Notes under the pieces: generated by a model
What the model saw: only the letters and a program-made list of their open reading frames with translations
Database searches by the model: none
What the model was told of the DNA's origin: nothing
Made by a program: the position numbers and the translations under genes
Shown: in pieces, positions 18,188 through 29,119 of the stretch
Position numbering within the stretch: position 1 is the first letter of the stretch
Layout: each line of letters begins with the position of its first letter
DNA from: Thermoplasmatales archaeon I-plasma
GTDB lineage: Archaea; Thermoplasmatota; Thermoplasmata; Thermoplasmatales; GCA-001856825
DNA length: 64,000 nucleotides
Direction: 5' to 3'
NCBI GenBank assembly: GCA_001856825.1
Contig: ATMD01000001.1
Span: 389,078-453,077 of the forward strand

Positions 18188-18669
18188 TCGGTCACCTGCT
18201 CTTCCTGTTTCACTCTCTCCTTAAGCTCCTTCCCATACTTCGTGAAAAAATTCCTCGTGAGCTTCACTATTCTTCTCCTTCCCCTAGGTATTACCTCCAC
18301 AAGATTCAGCTTGCTCAGATGTTCTATTTCTTCCTCTGCTCTCTTACCTCTGAGTTTCTCTATGTGGGAAATGTAAGTTTTTCCCTTTCTGAAAAGAAGG
18401 CCGATTATCTCCAATTCTCCCTTGTTCATCTCGCTTTCTGAATACTTGAATGCAACCTCGCTGTATCTGTCCCTAACTCCAATCTTATACTTCCTTCCTA
18501 TCATCTTCAGTTCCAAGGCTGTGTTTTCGTATCTCTTCTTCAATAGTCGCAATGATCTTGCCACATCCTTTTGATCAACCGCAAGTGCCGCGGAAATTTC
18601 GTTCTTGGCCAGTGGGTTAACTGTTGCAATCAGGAGTGCCTCAGTTCTATTAGGGACATCGTCTTCCAT
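18184..18669 (-). CDS. scpB: Segregation and condensation protein B-like
   Basis: EALL...PL, tandem wHTH, I..LRG, T..F pattern. Confidence 0.7.
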   Translation of the reverse strand: MEDDVPNRTEALLIATVNPLAKNEISAALAVDQKDVARSLRLLKKRYENTALELKMIGRKYKIGVRDRYSEVAFKYSESEMNKGELEIIGLLFRKGKTYISHIEKLRGKRAEEEIEHLSKLNLVEVIPRGRRRIVKLTRNFFTKYGKELKERVKQEEQVTD

Positions 18670-18742
18670 TGCACAATTATGTTATGAGAAATAATAAAAC
18701 TTACGTAGAAAACTGGAAATCCCATTTATCTCATTGAAAGTT

Positions 18743-19039
18743 GGGTTGTCCCGAGTAAGCCTCCTTCTGTTAGCCCTTTCGGGTTGATGGCATTTGACTA
18801 GTGCGCTCTACCCGTTCCTCTGATAGCTGTCATAGGAACCGCTTGAGTTTGCTCCGATCCCTCCTCCTCTGTCTCATCACATTTTCGGGAACGTCCCCTT
18901 CAGAAGGTTCACTCTTCACCGAAACTGTGTCATTTCTTTTGAGGAGAAGCAGGTCTCTCGACCAGGGTTTTATCCAGATTGCTACCCGGAGGGAGGACTT
19001 TCCTCACCATTTCTGGCGACGGCCATCCTGGGACTACCC
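18743..19039 (-). ncRNA. rnpB: RNase P RNA
   Basis: Minus strand has GAGGAAAGTCC near the 5' end and AACAGAAGGAGGCTTACT near the 3' end; termini GGGTAGTCCC/GGGACAACCC form P1. Confidence 0.95.
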
Positions 19040-19094
19040 TTTCTCAATCTGTTCTCAGTATTTATGATTCACTAACTGTGCCTCTCTTTCAGCA

Positions 19095-19685
19095 TCAAAT
19101 AGTCACTATGTCCCTCACAACTTCAGTGTTACCTCCTGAAAACTTCACAATGAAGTTTGAACAATTTGTGAACCTAATGCCGTCAGAATTTCCGACATAC
19201 ATTTCGTAGAAAGACCTAATGAAAGCGCCGTGAGTTATCACGATTAATCTCTTACCGCTGAAGACATCCATTGCAGTGCTCACAAAATCTCTTACTCTTC
19301 CCATAACGGAGCTTACGGCTTCTGTAGAGTCAATGTCGTCTATCTCACGGGAAAGGGACTTCATTTCTATTCCATATTTGTCTCGAATCTGTTCGGTCGT
19401 GAGTCCCTCTAGTTGACCGTACTCCCTGTCTCTAAGCGTCGAATGATGCCCTAATACAGGTATGTTCAGTGTTTTGGAAACTATCATGGCAGTCTCGATT
19501 GCACGTCTCTTGTCGCTTGATAATACGAAATCGAATTTGAAATCTGAAAGTGACTGTGCCAGCTCAACTGCCTGTTTTTTACCCGTGTCATTGAGAGGGT
19601 CGTCACCGCTGCCCACCCATAATCCTCTCGCGTTTGAGTCTGTCTGGCCATGACGTGCAACTGCTATTAGCAGATCGGAAACCAT
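19095..19685 (-). CDS. Histidine phosphatase (phosphoglycerate mutase family)
   Basis: RHGQT, SSD..RA.ET, E.G.LEG, THGAFI. Confidence 0.9.
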   Translation of the reverse strand: MVSDLLIAVARHGQTDSNARGLWVGSGDDPLNDTGKKQAVELAQSLSDFKFDFVLSSDKRRAIETAMIVSKTLNIPVLGHHSTLRDREYGQLEGLTTEQIRDKYGIEMKSLSREIDDIDSTEAVSSVMGRVRDFVSTAMDVFSGKRLIVITHGAFIRSFYEMYVGNSDGIRFTNCSNFIVKFSGGNTEVVRDIVTI

Positions 19686-19810
19686 CAGACCGGTATACAA
19701 CAAACATTAAAAAGGAAGCTATTAGAAGAAGAGTGGAGATGAGCTAGTAAAGGTTACAAATGTTGAGAAAAAATAATAACGGCCTAGTGATTGCCATAGG
19801 AATCTGCAAT

Positions 19811-19885
19811 GGGCCCGTGGCCTAGTCTGGATAAGGCATTGGCCTTCTAAGCCAATGATCCGGGGTTCAAATCCCCGCGGGCCCG
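19811..19885 (+). tRNA. tRNA-Arg(TCT)
   Basis: GGGCCCG...CGGGCCCG, anticodon arm TTGGC-CT-TCT-AA-GCCAA, TTCAAAT loop. Confidence 0.97.
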
Positions 19886-20044
19886 TCTATTATTCAGCGA
19901 TTAAGTATTCTACTGAGAGCGAACCCATGCCCTTATTTATCAGGGTGTAGTAATTTCTGGGTAGCTTCTTCCATTATACTTCTGGAATTTCGATGCCCCA
20001 TTTTTAATTGTAAAAATCCTTATCTTTTGAATCCCTTCTAGATT

Positions 20045-21427
20045 ATGAGAAGAGGGGCGCTAATCTTAGTTACGACTTCTCTTGCTGCTTTCCTCACTCC
20101 TTTCATTTCAAGCTCTATTTCATTCGTAGTTCCTAGGATCGGGCAGGAATTGAATCTAACATTTTACCAAGCTGCATTGCTTCCCTTGGTGATACTAATA
20201 CCTTTGGCCTCATTCATTCTCTTATTTGGGAGGCTATCAGATCACCTTGGAAGAATTTTGCTATTCAGGATAGGGCTTATAGTATTCTCATTAGGATCTA
20301 TAGTGGCTCTATTTTCTCAGGATTTTCAAATACTGGTCGCATCATTGTTCATTTTAGGGGTCGGGGCGTCAATAATGAGCGCCAATTCAACTGCAATTGT
20401 CAGTACAATTTTCAAGGATGGGAGAGGCTTCGCACTTGGGATAAATGCAATGTCAGTATATCTTGGCCTTACAATTGCACCATTCATCAGTGGCATAGTT
20501 GTAGAATTCTCAAGCTGGCGGTTACTTTTCCTCATTGCAGTTCCAATTGCACTAGTTGGTTTCCTGCTATCATTCCTCACGCTTCGAACTGAGTTAAAGG
20601 GTGGAAAGGGGATGGAGATATATGGATCACTTCTCTTTGCAATTCTTCTGGTTTCAATTTCCCTATACCTGTCACTTGGCTACATTTATGGATTTGTAAG
20701 ATTACTGCCGCTTTTAATACTCTTCACAGTGTCAGTTTTACTCTTCTTACTAGAAGAGAGAAGATCCACAAGGCCACTTATTTCCAAGAAGATGATGGAG
20801 TTGAGAAGGACGTTCGTTGCATCTAATCTAGCAGCCTTGCTCAATTATCTTGGAACGTTCTCAATTGTTTTTGTCTTCTCAATATACCTTCAGGTTACAC
20901 TTCACGTATCCCCGTTTCTATCTGGTCTGTATTTACTTCCAGAGCCAGTTCTGATGGTCCTAATGTCCCCCATTTCGGGAACACTCTCCGACAAGATAGG
21001 TTCAAGAAAGATAGCCTCGGCGGGAATGGTCATAATCGGCCTATCATTCCTGATATTCTTCGTTCTGGGCCAACCATCCGTCATTCAGGTTTTGATAATC
21101 CTTGCTGTTCTAGGAGCCGGATTTGGCTTCTTTTCTGCTCCAAATACTAATTCAGTCATGGGCTCAATTAAAATGGAGTATTCTGGATTTGCATCCGGTT
21201 TTCTAGGGACAATGAGATTCATCGGACAGCTTGCCAGCATCATCGTTGCCACTTATATTTTCTCGCTTGAAATTCCAAGGAATGTGATGGTTGGCATTTT
21301 TTCTGGATTGTACGTTTCAATAGGGCAACTTTATTTCAACGACTTTGTGATTGGATTCAAACAGGTAATGCTTCTCTCTTCAATTATCAGCTTTGCCGGA
21401 GCAATTTCGTCCATGATGAGAGGCTGA
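20045..21427 (+). CDS. MFS transporter (DHA2-like)
   Basis: GRLSDHLGR, G.ALGIN, FSAPNTNSVM; highly hydrophobic. Confidence 0.9.
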   Translation: MRRGALILVTTSLAAFLTPFISSSISFVVPRIGQELNLTFYQAALLPLVILIPLASFILLFGRLSDHLGRILLFRIGLIVFSLGSIVALFSQDFQILVASLFILGVGASIMSANSTAIVSTIFKDGRGFALGINAMSVYLGLTIAPFISGIVVEFSSWRLLFLIAVPIALVGFLLSFLTLRTELKGGKGMEIYGSLLFAILLVSISLYLSLGYIYGFVRLLPLLILFTVSVLLFLLEERRSTRPLISKKMMELRRTFVASNLAALLNYLGTFSIVFVFSIYLQVTLHVSPFLSGLYLLPEPVLMVLMSPISGTLSDKIGSRKIASAGMVIIGLSFLIFFVLGQPSVIQVLIILAVLGAGFGFFSAPNTNSVMGSIKMEYSGFASGFLGTMRFIGQLASIIVATYIFSLEIPRNVMVGIFSGLYVSIGQLYFNDFVIGFKQVMLLSSIISFAGAISSMMRG

Positions 21428-21465
21428 GCAGGAAATGTTCTCATCTATTCTTTCCATAAAACTCC

Positions 21466-22476
21466 ATGAAGTACAAGAAACTGGGATGGTCAGGGCTTCT
21501 TGTCAGTGAACTCTGTCTGGGGGCCATGACATTCGGATGGCACGCAGATGAGGAAACTAGCCATAAGATTATGAATAAATTTGAGGAATATGGAGGCAAC
21601 TTTATTGACACAGCAAATGTATATTCGGAAGGAAAGTCAGAGGAGATAGTTGGGAAATGGATGAAAGGAAGAAAAAGAGAAGATTTTGTCGTGGCGACTA
21701 AGGTCAGGTTCCGGACAGGGAAGGGCGTAAATTCTGTCGGTCTTTCCAGGAAACACATTCTTCATTCGGTCAATGAGAGTTTAAGAAGGCTTGGTCTGGA
21801 TTACCTGGATATCCTGCAACTTCATGCTTGGGACCCGCTAACTTCATTGGAGGAAACATTGGGCACAATGAATTACCTAGTTGAAGAAGGATTGATAAGA
21901 TATGTAGGGCTGAGCAACTTCAGGGGTTGGCAAATTCAGAAGGGGGTGGATATCTGTGAGAAGAATGGCTGGGAAAAGCCAGTAAGCATACAATCACAAT
22001 ACAACCTAATAGCAAGGGGAACAGAATTCGAAATCTTGCCAGTTGCATCTTACAATAATCTGGGCGTCCTTCCATGGAGCCCGCTTGCGGGGGGATTCCT
22101 TACGGGCAAATATGAATCAGGTATAGCATCAGCACCAAAGGGAACCAGAATAGGTGAATCACAGAACAAAGAATATTATGAGAAACTGGAGAACGAACGA
22201 GTAAAGCACATCTTAGACGCACTAAAGGGAGTTGCTGAAGAAACAGGGAGATTAATTGGTGATATAGCCCTTAATTGGCTTCTAAATAACAATATCGTAA
22301 CATCACCAATAATTGGAGCAAGGAATGAAACACAACTCGTGGAAAATATTGGGGCTACTGAGTGGAGGCTGACAACCGAACAGATGGCTCTTCTAAACGA
22401 TGCAAGTCGCCTTGAAGTAACTTATCCATACGATCAAAGGGCGGAAGACCAGCAGAGGAGGGATAGGGTAATCTAA
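21466..22476 (+). CDS. Aldo/keto reductase
   Basis: LCLGAMTFG, FIDTANVY, ATK, GLSN, WSPLAGGFLTGKY. Confidence 0.95.
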   Translation: MKYKKLGWSGLLVSELCLGAMTFGWHADEETSHKIMNKFEEYGGNFIDTANVYSEGKSEEIVGKWMKGRKREDFVVATKVRFRTGKGVNSVGLSRKHILHSVNESLRRLGLDYLDILQLHAWDPLTSLEETLGTMNYLVEEGLIRYVGLSNFRGWQIQKGVDICEKNGWEKPVSIQSQYNLIARGTEFEILPVASYNNLGVLPWSPLAGGFLTGKYESGIASAPKGTRIGESQNKEYYEKLENERVKHILDALKGVAEETGRLIGDIALNWLLNNNIVTSPIIGARNETQLVENIGATEWRLTTEQMALLNDASRLEVTYPYDQRAEDQQRRDRVI

Positions 22477-22682
22477 ATTCATCCTCTAGATCACATCAAA
22501 GGGGAGGGTTCAAAGAAAGTAGAGAAGCATTTGAGATTTAATAAATTTCAATTTCAAAACGGAAGATATTCAAAAATAATTAAGTTAAGTTTCAAATGAT
22601 CCAAGGTGAATTATTCAGGCTAGCGGGATTGAAACCATCCTTTCATTTGGTGGTATTAAGGAAGAGAAATGAGTGAATGGAT

Positions 22683-24689
22683 TCACCATATGGTGATTAC
22701 TTCTTTTGCCTTCTTATTCTCATTATCTGTACTGCCGAAGTGTTCATGGAATTTTAAGTGGATCACCGCAGGTATCTCCCCCCTGAAACGGTCAGGAGAA
22801 TGCGGATCGTTGGAGACCTGCCACTTAATTGCCTCTTCCCTTACGTTTGCTCTCCAGCTTTGTGACCAACTAATATAGAATCTCTGTTCAGGGGTTAGGC
22901 CATCTATATTCTTCCTTAATCCTGGATTTCTAGCCAGTTTTTTCTGTAGCGCCTCGTATGCAATGCTAACACCACCCATGTCAGCTATGTTTTCGCCTAG
23001 AGTAAGCTCTCCATTTACATGAAGACCTGGAAGTGCTTCAAGCTGCCCGTACAGATTGACAACGCTCTTGGCCCTTTTCTCAAATTCATCGGCATCAACC
23101 TTCGACCACCAGTCCTTAAGATTACCATCCTTGTCGTATTTTCTGCCTTCGTCATCAAAGCCGTGTGTCATTTCGTGTGCGATTATTCCTCCAGTAGCAC
23201 CATAATTTACCGCATCGTCCATTGTAGGGTCAAAGAAAGGTGGTTGCAGTATACCTGCTGGGAAAACAATTTCATTCTTTGTCGGGGAGAAATATGCATT
23301 GACAGTAGGTGGAGACATTTCCCAGAGTTCCTTGTCAACAGGAGTATTGACTCTCCTTATCTTCCTCATAGTCTCAAATTCGTTGGTTCTCAAAATATTG
23401 CCAAAGAAGTCACTAGGTGATATATCTATGGAAGAATAATCTATGAACTTCTTGGGAAAGCCTATCTTCGCATTGAACTTCGAGAACTTTTCAAGGGCCG
23501 TCTTCTTTGTCTCCTCACTCATCCAATCCAGTTTTTTGAGTTTTTCCCTGAATGCGTCTTTCAGGTCAGACACCATTTCTTCCATCTTACGCTTAGATTC
23601 CTCAGTGAATTCTCTTTCTACATACAGCTTCCCAAGTGCTTCTCCCATCTGTCCATCTATCAATTGAACTACCTGCTTCCATCTCTTCTCTGGTTTTTTA
23701 CGTCCCAGCAGTTTCCTTTCATAAAAATCAAAGTATTCTTTCATCACTTCTTCATGTAAAAATGGAGACGCGAAGTGCAGCAGCTTCCAGGTAAGATATG
23801 TTTTCCATTCCGATAATGAAATTGAATCGAGCATTTTGCCGAGATTTTCAAAGAATTCAGGTTGTCTTATAACGATGTGATTTACATCTGGGAGGCCAAT
23901 TTCTGAGAGATATCTCCTTATTCCAATTGACGGTATAGTTCTGTCAAGATCTTCATATATGAACCTGTTGTAATTTCTTTCCGGGTCCCTTAGTTCAACA
24001 GGCGTCCTACTAGATTTTGCCAGTTGGAGCTCAATCTTGAAGACTGTTTCAGCAGACCTTTCTGCATCTTGTAAGGACTGGCCGTAGAGGGAAAATAAAT
24101 TTGCAACGTGCCTTTTGTAATACCCCCTTATATTCTCAAACGAATCAAGCAAGTAATAATCCCTGTTCGGAAGGGAAAGTCCTCCTTGCTCGAGATAATA
24201 CGCGTATATAGAGCTATTTTTTTCGTCAGAGTCTGAGGAATATGAAAACATTGCATCCATGCCGTGCCTATGGAATTCTGAGATCAGGGAGATTAGTTCA
24301 TTCTTGTCCTTTATTTCATCAATTTTTCTTGCCCATTCTTTTATTGGCTCAAATTTCAATTCATCTATTTTCTCTGTGTTCATGGCTGAAAGATAGAAAG
24401 AACCTAGCTGTTGAATTGTCTTATTGTCCCATCGTTCACTAAATGCACATTCTTCCAGAATTTTACCCAGCACATATCTATTTCTTTCTGCAATCTCCAT
24501 AAATGCTCCCCAGCGTATCTTGTCCTCCGGTATAGGATGGGTAGCAATCCAGTTACCGTTACTGTAATAATAGAAATTTGATATCGGATCCTCATTTGGT
24601 GCCATGTAGCTTACTGAAAACTTAGGAAATTCTGGTTTTTCCATATCGCTAATTCTTTCGATTCTCTTCTTAATTTCATCTACTTGCAT
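22683..24689 (-). CDS. M13 family zinc endopeptidase (PepO/neprilysin-like), cytoplasmic
   Basis: VNAY, HEMTHGFDD, GENIAD, DPHSP; no signal peptide. Confidence 0.95.
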   Translation of the reverse strand: MQVDEIKKRIERISDMEKPEFPKFSVSYMAPNEDPISNFYYYSNGNWIATHPIPEDKIRWGAFMEIAERNRYVLGKILEECAFSERWDNKTIQQLGSFYLSAMNTEKIDELKFEPIKEWARKIDEIKDKNELISLISEFHRHGMDAMFSYSSDSDEKNSSIYAYYLEQGGLSLPNRDYYLLDSFENIRGYYKRHVANLFSLYGQSLQDAERSAETVFKIELQLAKSSRTPVELRDPERNYNRFIYEDLDRTIPSIGIRRYLSEIGLPDVNHIVIRQPEFFENLGKMLDSISLSEWKTYLTWKLLHFASPFLHEEVMKEYFDFYERKLLGRKKPEKRWKQVVQLIDGQMGEALGKLYVEREFTEESKRKMEEMVSDLKDAFREKLKKLDWMSEETKKTALEKFSKFNAKIGFPKKFIDYSSIDISPSDFFGNILRTNEFETMRKIRRVNTPVDKELWEMSPPTVNAYFSPTKNEIVFPAGILQPPFFDPTMDDAVNYGATGGIIAHEMTHGFDDEGRKYDKDGNLKDWWSKVDADEFEKRAKSVVNLYGQLEALPGLHVNGELTLGENIADMGGVSIAYEALQKKLARNPGLRKNIDGLTPEQRFYISWSQSWRANVREEAIKWQVSNDPHSPDRFRGEIPAVIHLKFHEHFGSTDNENKKAKEVITIW

Positions 24690-24896
24690 ATTTATCAATA
24701 ATCTAACTAGATTAAGTTATTTTCCATGTATAGATGTGGCTGATCCAAGAAGAGGGAAAATTTTCCATCTTCTCCGACTTTTGCTAAATATCGGAATATT
24801 GGTAGTATTCATATTGCCACCCGTTTCCAGTGATGTGGGCATTTAGTTTTTCTAACTCGTGTAATTTGAATCAGTTTTGAGTTTTAGGAATTCATC

Positions 24897-25907
24897 TCAA
24901 TTCATGTTTAATGTATCTCTTACTTTGTTGTACCAGTAGATTGCTGCAATTGGAGGTCCTTGAGACCATGGGCTGAATGAATTGTTCTTGATGGAGACAT
25001 AATAAGAATAATTGCCAGAAAGAGTGTCTTCACTCACTCGATTGAAGAGGCCGTCCTTGGTGAATGACTTAAGCGTTGCGTTCATCGCCAAGGATATGTT
25101 TTCTTTAATATCACTTTTTATTAGCCCTAGGGAGATAGCTTGTGCCCCTACTATTACAAAGAAGGGAGCTATTGACTTTTCTATGGGAGAACCTTCCTCG
25201 TCAATTACGGTGTTCCAGTTTCCGTCTTTATTCTGGAGACTGGAAACGGCTATGATGCACTTTTCAAAATTTGACACTAAAGTTTGCCTAATTGTGTATT
25301 TCTTAGGTAATAATTTAATTGTTTCTAAAAGGCCGACCAAAGCCCACCCCTGTCCCCTTCCCCAATGAACATTGTTTGATGTTTCTTTAATGATGTCGTA
25401 AGTATGTGAAAATAATCCGCTTTTATCCTGAAGCAACTCAACATAACCCATCGCAAGTCTTGAAGCGATATCATAAAATTCCTGCTTGTAAACGCCTAAC
25501 CCAGCAATCATAGGCGGATGGATACTCATTGTGTCAACCCAGATAAGATCAGGATAATCATCGTCTGTCAAATAGACTCCCTTAAATTTTCTGTGCCCAA
25601 TGATCCAATTAACGTGTTCTTCAATTGAACCAAGTAAGTCCATATCCGCGTGTTTCGTTGCAAGTCTTATTGCTTCAATCCCCGGCAGTGTTTGGTCATA
25701 TTTTACCCTAGGGTATCTTCTGGCGTTCCAGCCTTTGAGCATTCCTAGTGCATAATTACTATACTCAGCTGTGTTAAGTAAATAATCTGCTGCTTCTAGT
25801 CCCATAAAACCAGCGTTGTCACCAAAGTACCAAACCCTCCAGTTTAATTTGAGAAGGAGGCTAGATGCTCTTGAAATTAATTCTTTTGATATTCTTGTAA
25901 TAGGCAC
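24897..25907 (-). CDS. Glycoside hydrolase GH88/GH105 family (unsaturated uronyl hydrolase, YteR-like)
   Basis: WVDTM, GLFSH, WGRGQGW, Q..DG.W..VID motifs. Confidence 0.8.
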   Translation of the reverse strand: MPITRISKELISRASSLLLKLNWRVWYFGDNAGFMGLEAADYLLNTAEYSNYALGMLKGWNARRYPRVKYDQTLPGIEAIRLATKHADMDLLGSIEEHVNWIIGHRKFKGVYLTDDDYPDLIWVDTMSIHPPMIAGLGVYKQEFYDIASRLAMGYVELLQDKSGLFSHTYDIIKETSNNVHWGRGQGWALVGLLETIKLLPKKYTIRQTLVSNFEKCIIAVSSLQNKDGNWNTVIDEEGSPIEKSIAPFFVIVGAQAISLGLIKSDIKENISLAMNATLKSFTKDGLFNRVSEDTLSGNYSYYVSIKNNSFSPWSQGPPIAAIYWYNKVRDTLNMN

Positions 25908-26022
25908 TACTTTGTCATCATAAAGGGCAATTTAACTGTTAATGTCACTGAAGACCTTTTTATAGGTAGTACAAGTTATTCAAAAACTAATAATTCTACA
26001 ATTACATTATTACCAGATCATA

Positions 26023-27676
26023 ATGGCTACTGAAATTCATGCACCTACTGGTGAAAAACTAAATACCAAAGGATGGGAACAAGAAGCCGCTTTAAGGTTG
26101 CTTATGAACAATCTTGACCCCATGGTTGCAAAGGATCCTTCAAATCTTATAGTTTATGGGGGGAAGGGGAAGGCCGCTAGAAACTGGGAAGCTTTCCATA
26201 AGATTGTCGATGCATTGAAAGGCCTGGAAGATGACGAAACCCTCCTGATCCAGTCTGGAAAACCTGTTGGAATTTTCAAGACGTTCAAGAACTCCCCTAG
26301 GGTATTGATTGTAAATGCACAGATTGTACCAAGGTGGGCAACGGACGACATATTTTGGGACCTAGAGGCTAGAGGATTGACTATGTTTGGGCAGATGACA
26401 GCAGGCTCCTGGATATATATAGGCACTCAGGGCGTTCTACAAGGTACATATGAGACCCTGTCGGCACTTGCGAGGAAGGAATTTCATACAGATTCCCTGA
26501 AGGGCAAATGGGTGTTATCAAGTGGACTCGGTGAAATGGGAGGCGCTCAGCCTCTTGCTATAAAGATGAACGGAGGTGTTGCCATCGTTGTAGAGGTAGA
26601 TATGGAAAAGATCAACAGGAGGCTCAGGGACAAGTACCTAGACAGGTGGACCGACTCACTGGATGAAGCACTGAAGTGGAAGGACGAATTCATTTCCGCG
26701 GGTACTGACGAGTCCATAGGTTTGCTGGGAAATGCTGCAACAGTATATGATGACCTAGTCAAAAGAAGCGTAATTCCAGACATTGTGACAGACCAGACCG
26801 CAGCACACGACCTAAACGTTGGTTACATACCTGAGGGATATTCAGTAAAGTCTGCTGATGATTTCAGGAAGAAAAACCCCGAAGAGTATAAGGAGAGGGT
26901 TTATGAGAGCATTAGTCAAAGAAGTGAAGGCAATTGTCTGGTTCAAGGAAAAGGGTGCAAAGACATTCGATTACGGAAATAACCTTAGAACAAGGGCAAA
27001 GGAACACGGCTACGACAGGGCATTCGAAATTCCAGGTTACGTACCTGCGTATTTGAGGGACCTATTTGCAATTGGCTCCGGTCCCTTTCGATGGGTTGCA
27101 CTTTCTGGGGAACCTGACGACATATTTGCAATAGATGATGCGATAATTTCTAAATTCAAGGACGATGAACACCTTGTGAAGTGGATCAAACTGGCAAAGA
27201 ACCAGGTCCATTTCCAGGGACTACCTGCAAGGATATGTTATGCAAAATATGGGCAGAGGGAAGAGATAGGGCTGTTAATAAACGACATGGTTAGGGAAGG
27301 CAGACTGACAGCCCCTGTAGCAATTGGGAGAGACCACCACGACACCGGTTCAGTTGCTTCCCCATTCAGGGAGACGGAGAGGATGAAGGATGGAAGCGAT
27401 GCAATTGCTGACTGGCCAATCCTCAACGCACTCTTGAACGCGGTATCTGGCGCATCATGGGTAAGTGTTCATCATGGAGGCGGTGTTGGCATAGGTAATA
27501 GCATTCATTCTGGCTTGGTAATAGTGGCAGATGGGACAAGGGATGCAGAGGAGAGAATTAGAAGAGTACTGAATGCAGACCCCGGTTCCGGTGTCATTAG
27601 GCATGCAGATGCTGGATATGAGGATTCCATTAAACTTATCAAGAAAGGAGTCAAGTTCAAGACTCCGTATTTCTGA
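26023..27676 (+). CDS. hutU: Urocanate hydratase, frameshifted
   Basis: [57 protein letters not shown]; one extra base near 26912 (ESI|VKEV). Confidence 0.95.
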
Positions 27677-27700
27677 TATCAATTCCGTAGGTATTTGTAA

Positions 27701-28669
27701 ATGTCACAGCATTTGAAGAACTGGAAATTCGAGAAAAGTAAATACATGGATATTTTCCGTGACCCTAACTCTTCTTATATCACTGAAATGGTCAATGACT
27801 CATTTAAGAGTCCAGATGTATCACTGTTAGGATTTCCTTATGACGGAGGAATACTGTCCCACAGGAGAGGTGCAAGATTAGCCCCAGATTTTATCAGGAA
27901 ATCATTCTACAATTTTACAAACTACTGCTCGACTCATGAGACAGAATTATCAGGTCTAAAAGTTAAGGACTTTGGAAATCTGGATTTAAATGGTGAAGGC
28001 TCCCATATTTATGATCTAATCCAAAGTGATGTAGAAAGACTCTATAAATTCGGTAAAGTGGAAATAATACTGGGTGGAGACCATTCCATTACCCTACCTT
28101 CCTTTAAAGGTTTAAGAAGATCAGTAGGGAATGGTAATCGTAATGTAAACCTAGTGGTAATAGACCAGCACTACGACGTAAGAGATTACAATTTCGTAAA
28201 TTCCGGGTCTTGGTTAAGGCATCTATTATTGGACAAGAATGACAAGCCAGATTCCACCGTGATTTTGGGGTCACACGGATTCAGGTATCCTGGATATTAC
28301 GCAGAATTCCTCAAGGACAAGGGGGTAAAGACGGTAAGTGGACATTATATTCACACCTACGGAATCCGGGAAACTGTCAAGGAAGTAGCCAATATTCTAG
28401 GTGGTAGAGGTCATACATATCTTAGTGTTGATATCGATGCCGTCGACCAGGCGTTTGCTCCCGCCTGCAGCGGAAGCTCCCCGGGAGGGTTAATGCCATA
28501 CGAACTCCTTGAATTAGTTAGGGAATTGGTCAAAAATTTGAATTTGGATGGGGTAGACATTACTGAATATTCTCCCCCATTCGATATCGGGGATATCACA
28601 CAGAAACTCGCAGCCTCAGTGATAATGGAGGTCTTATGCGGTGTCAAGTCAAAAAATGGAGTTAAATAG
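27701..28669 (+). CDS. Ureohydrolase (formiminoglutamase HutG/agmatinase family)
   Basis: GGDHSI, DQHYD, SVDIDAVD.AFAP, PGGL, E.SPPFD; directly downstream of hutU. Confidence 0.85.
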   Translation: MSQHLKNWKFEKSKYMDIFRDPNSSYITEMVNDSFKSPDVSLLGFPYDGGILSHRRGARLAPDFIRKSFYNFTNYCSTHETELSGLKVKDFGNLDLNGEGSHIYDLIQSDVERLYKFGKVEIILGGDHSITLPSFKGLRRSVGNGNRNVNLVVIDQHYDVRDYNFVNSGSWLRHLLLDKNDKPDSTVILGSHGFRYPGYYAEFLKDKGVKTVSGHYIHTYGIRETVKEVANILGGRGHTYLSVDIDAVDQAFAPACSGSSPGGLMPYELLELVRELVKNLNLDGVDITEYSPPFDIGDITQKLAASVIMEVLCGVKSKNGVK

Positions 28670-28684
28670 AAGTCACTGGATTGG

Positions 28685-29119
28685 TTACTTGTTTTCCGCT
28701 CCAGGTTCAATGAGGGTCAATTCTTTCCTTTGGCAGTTCAGGTCCAATGAGCCACCTCTCTTTGTCAAAGACATAAATTCGTCACTTACACCTGTCACAA
28801 TGGGTACGTCGCATATAATGGCAGCAGAAACGATTACGGGATCAGGATCCCTTACGACTATCATTGAAGGTTGATTGTCGTGTGTTAAGAGTTGGTAAAG
28901 ACCATCGAGTTGTACGACTGAGCTGCCCTTTCCTGACGGAATTACAAGGGCCTTTCCCTTGACTTTAACACCTTTCAGCGGATGGTCGTCCTCTAGAATT
29001 TCTGAGGTAAGCGGATCCACTAAATAGAAATTAACAGACCTTTCCGAGAAAAGAACTTCTCCTTCAGTGTCTCTATTGCAAGCAGCTTTTACTTTTTGTA
29101 TATAAGATTTGACGCTCAT
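28685..29119 (-). CDS. Aconitase X small (swivel, DUF126) subunit
   Basis: VDPLT.EI...HPLKG, GKGSSV, D....AII.DVP. Confidence 0.88.
   Translation of the reverse strand: MSVKSYIQKVKAACNRDTEGEVLFSERSVNFYLVDPLTSEILEDDHPLKGVKVKGKALVIPSGKGSSVVQLDGLYQLLTHDNQPSMIVVRDPDPVIVSAAIICDVPIVTGVSDEFMSLTKRGGSLDLNCQRKELTLIEPGAENK

Noticed and set aside
18184-18669. ScpB without adjacent smc/scpA as a novel system
   Set aside because: scpB is frequently unlinked from smc/scpA in archaea
18801-19209. ORFs of 88 and 76 aa in the track
   Set aside because: They overlap the RNase P RNA gene and the phosphatase on the opposite strand; no protein-like features
748-26920. Programmed ribosomal frameshifting at the three broken genes
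   Set aside because: No shared slippery heptamer or stimulatory structure, and these enzyme families are not known to be recoded; indel error is simpler
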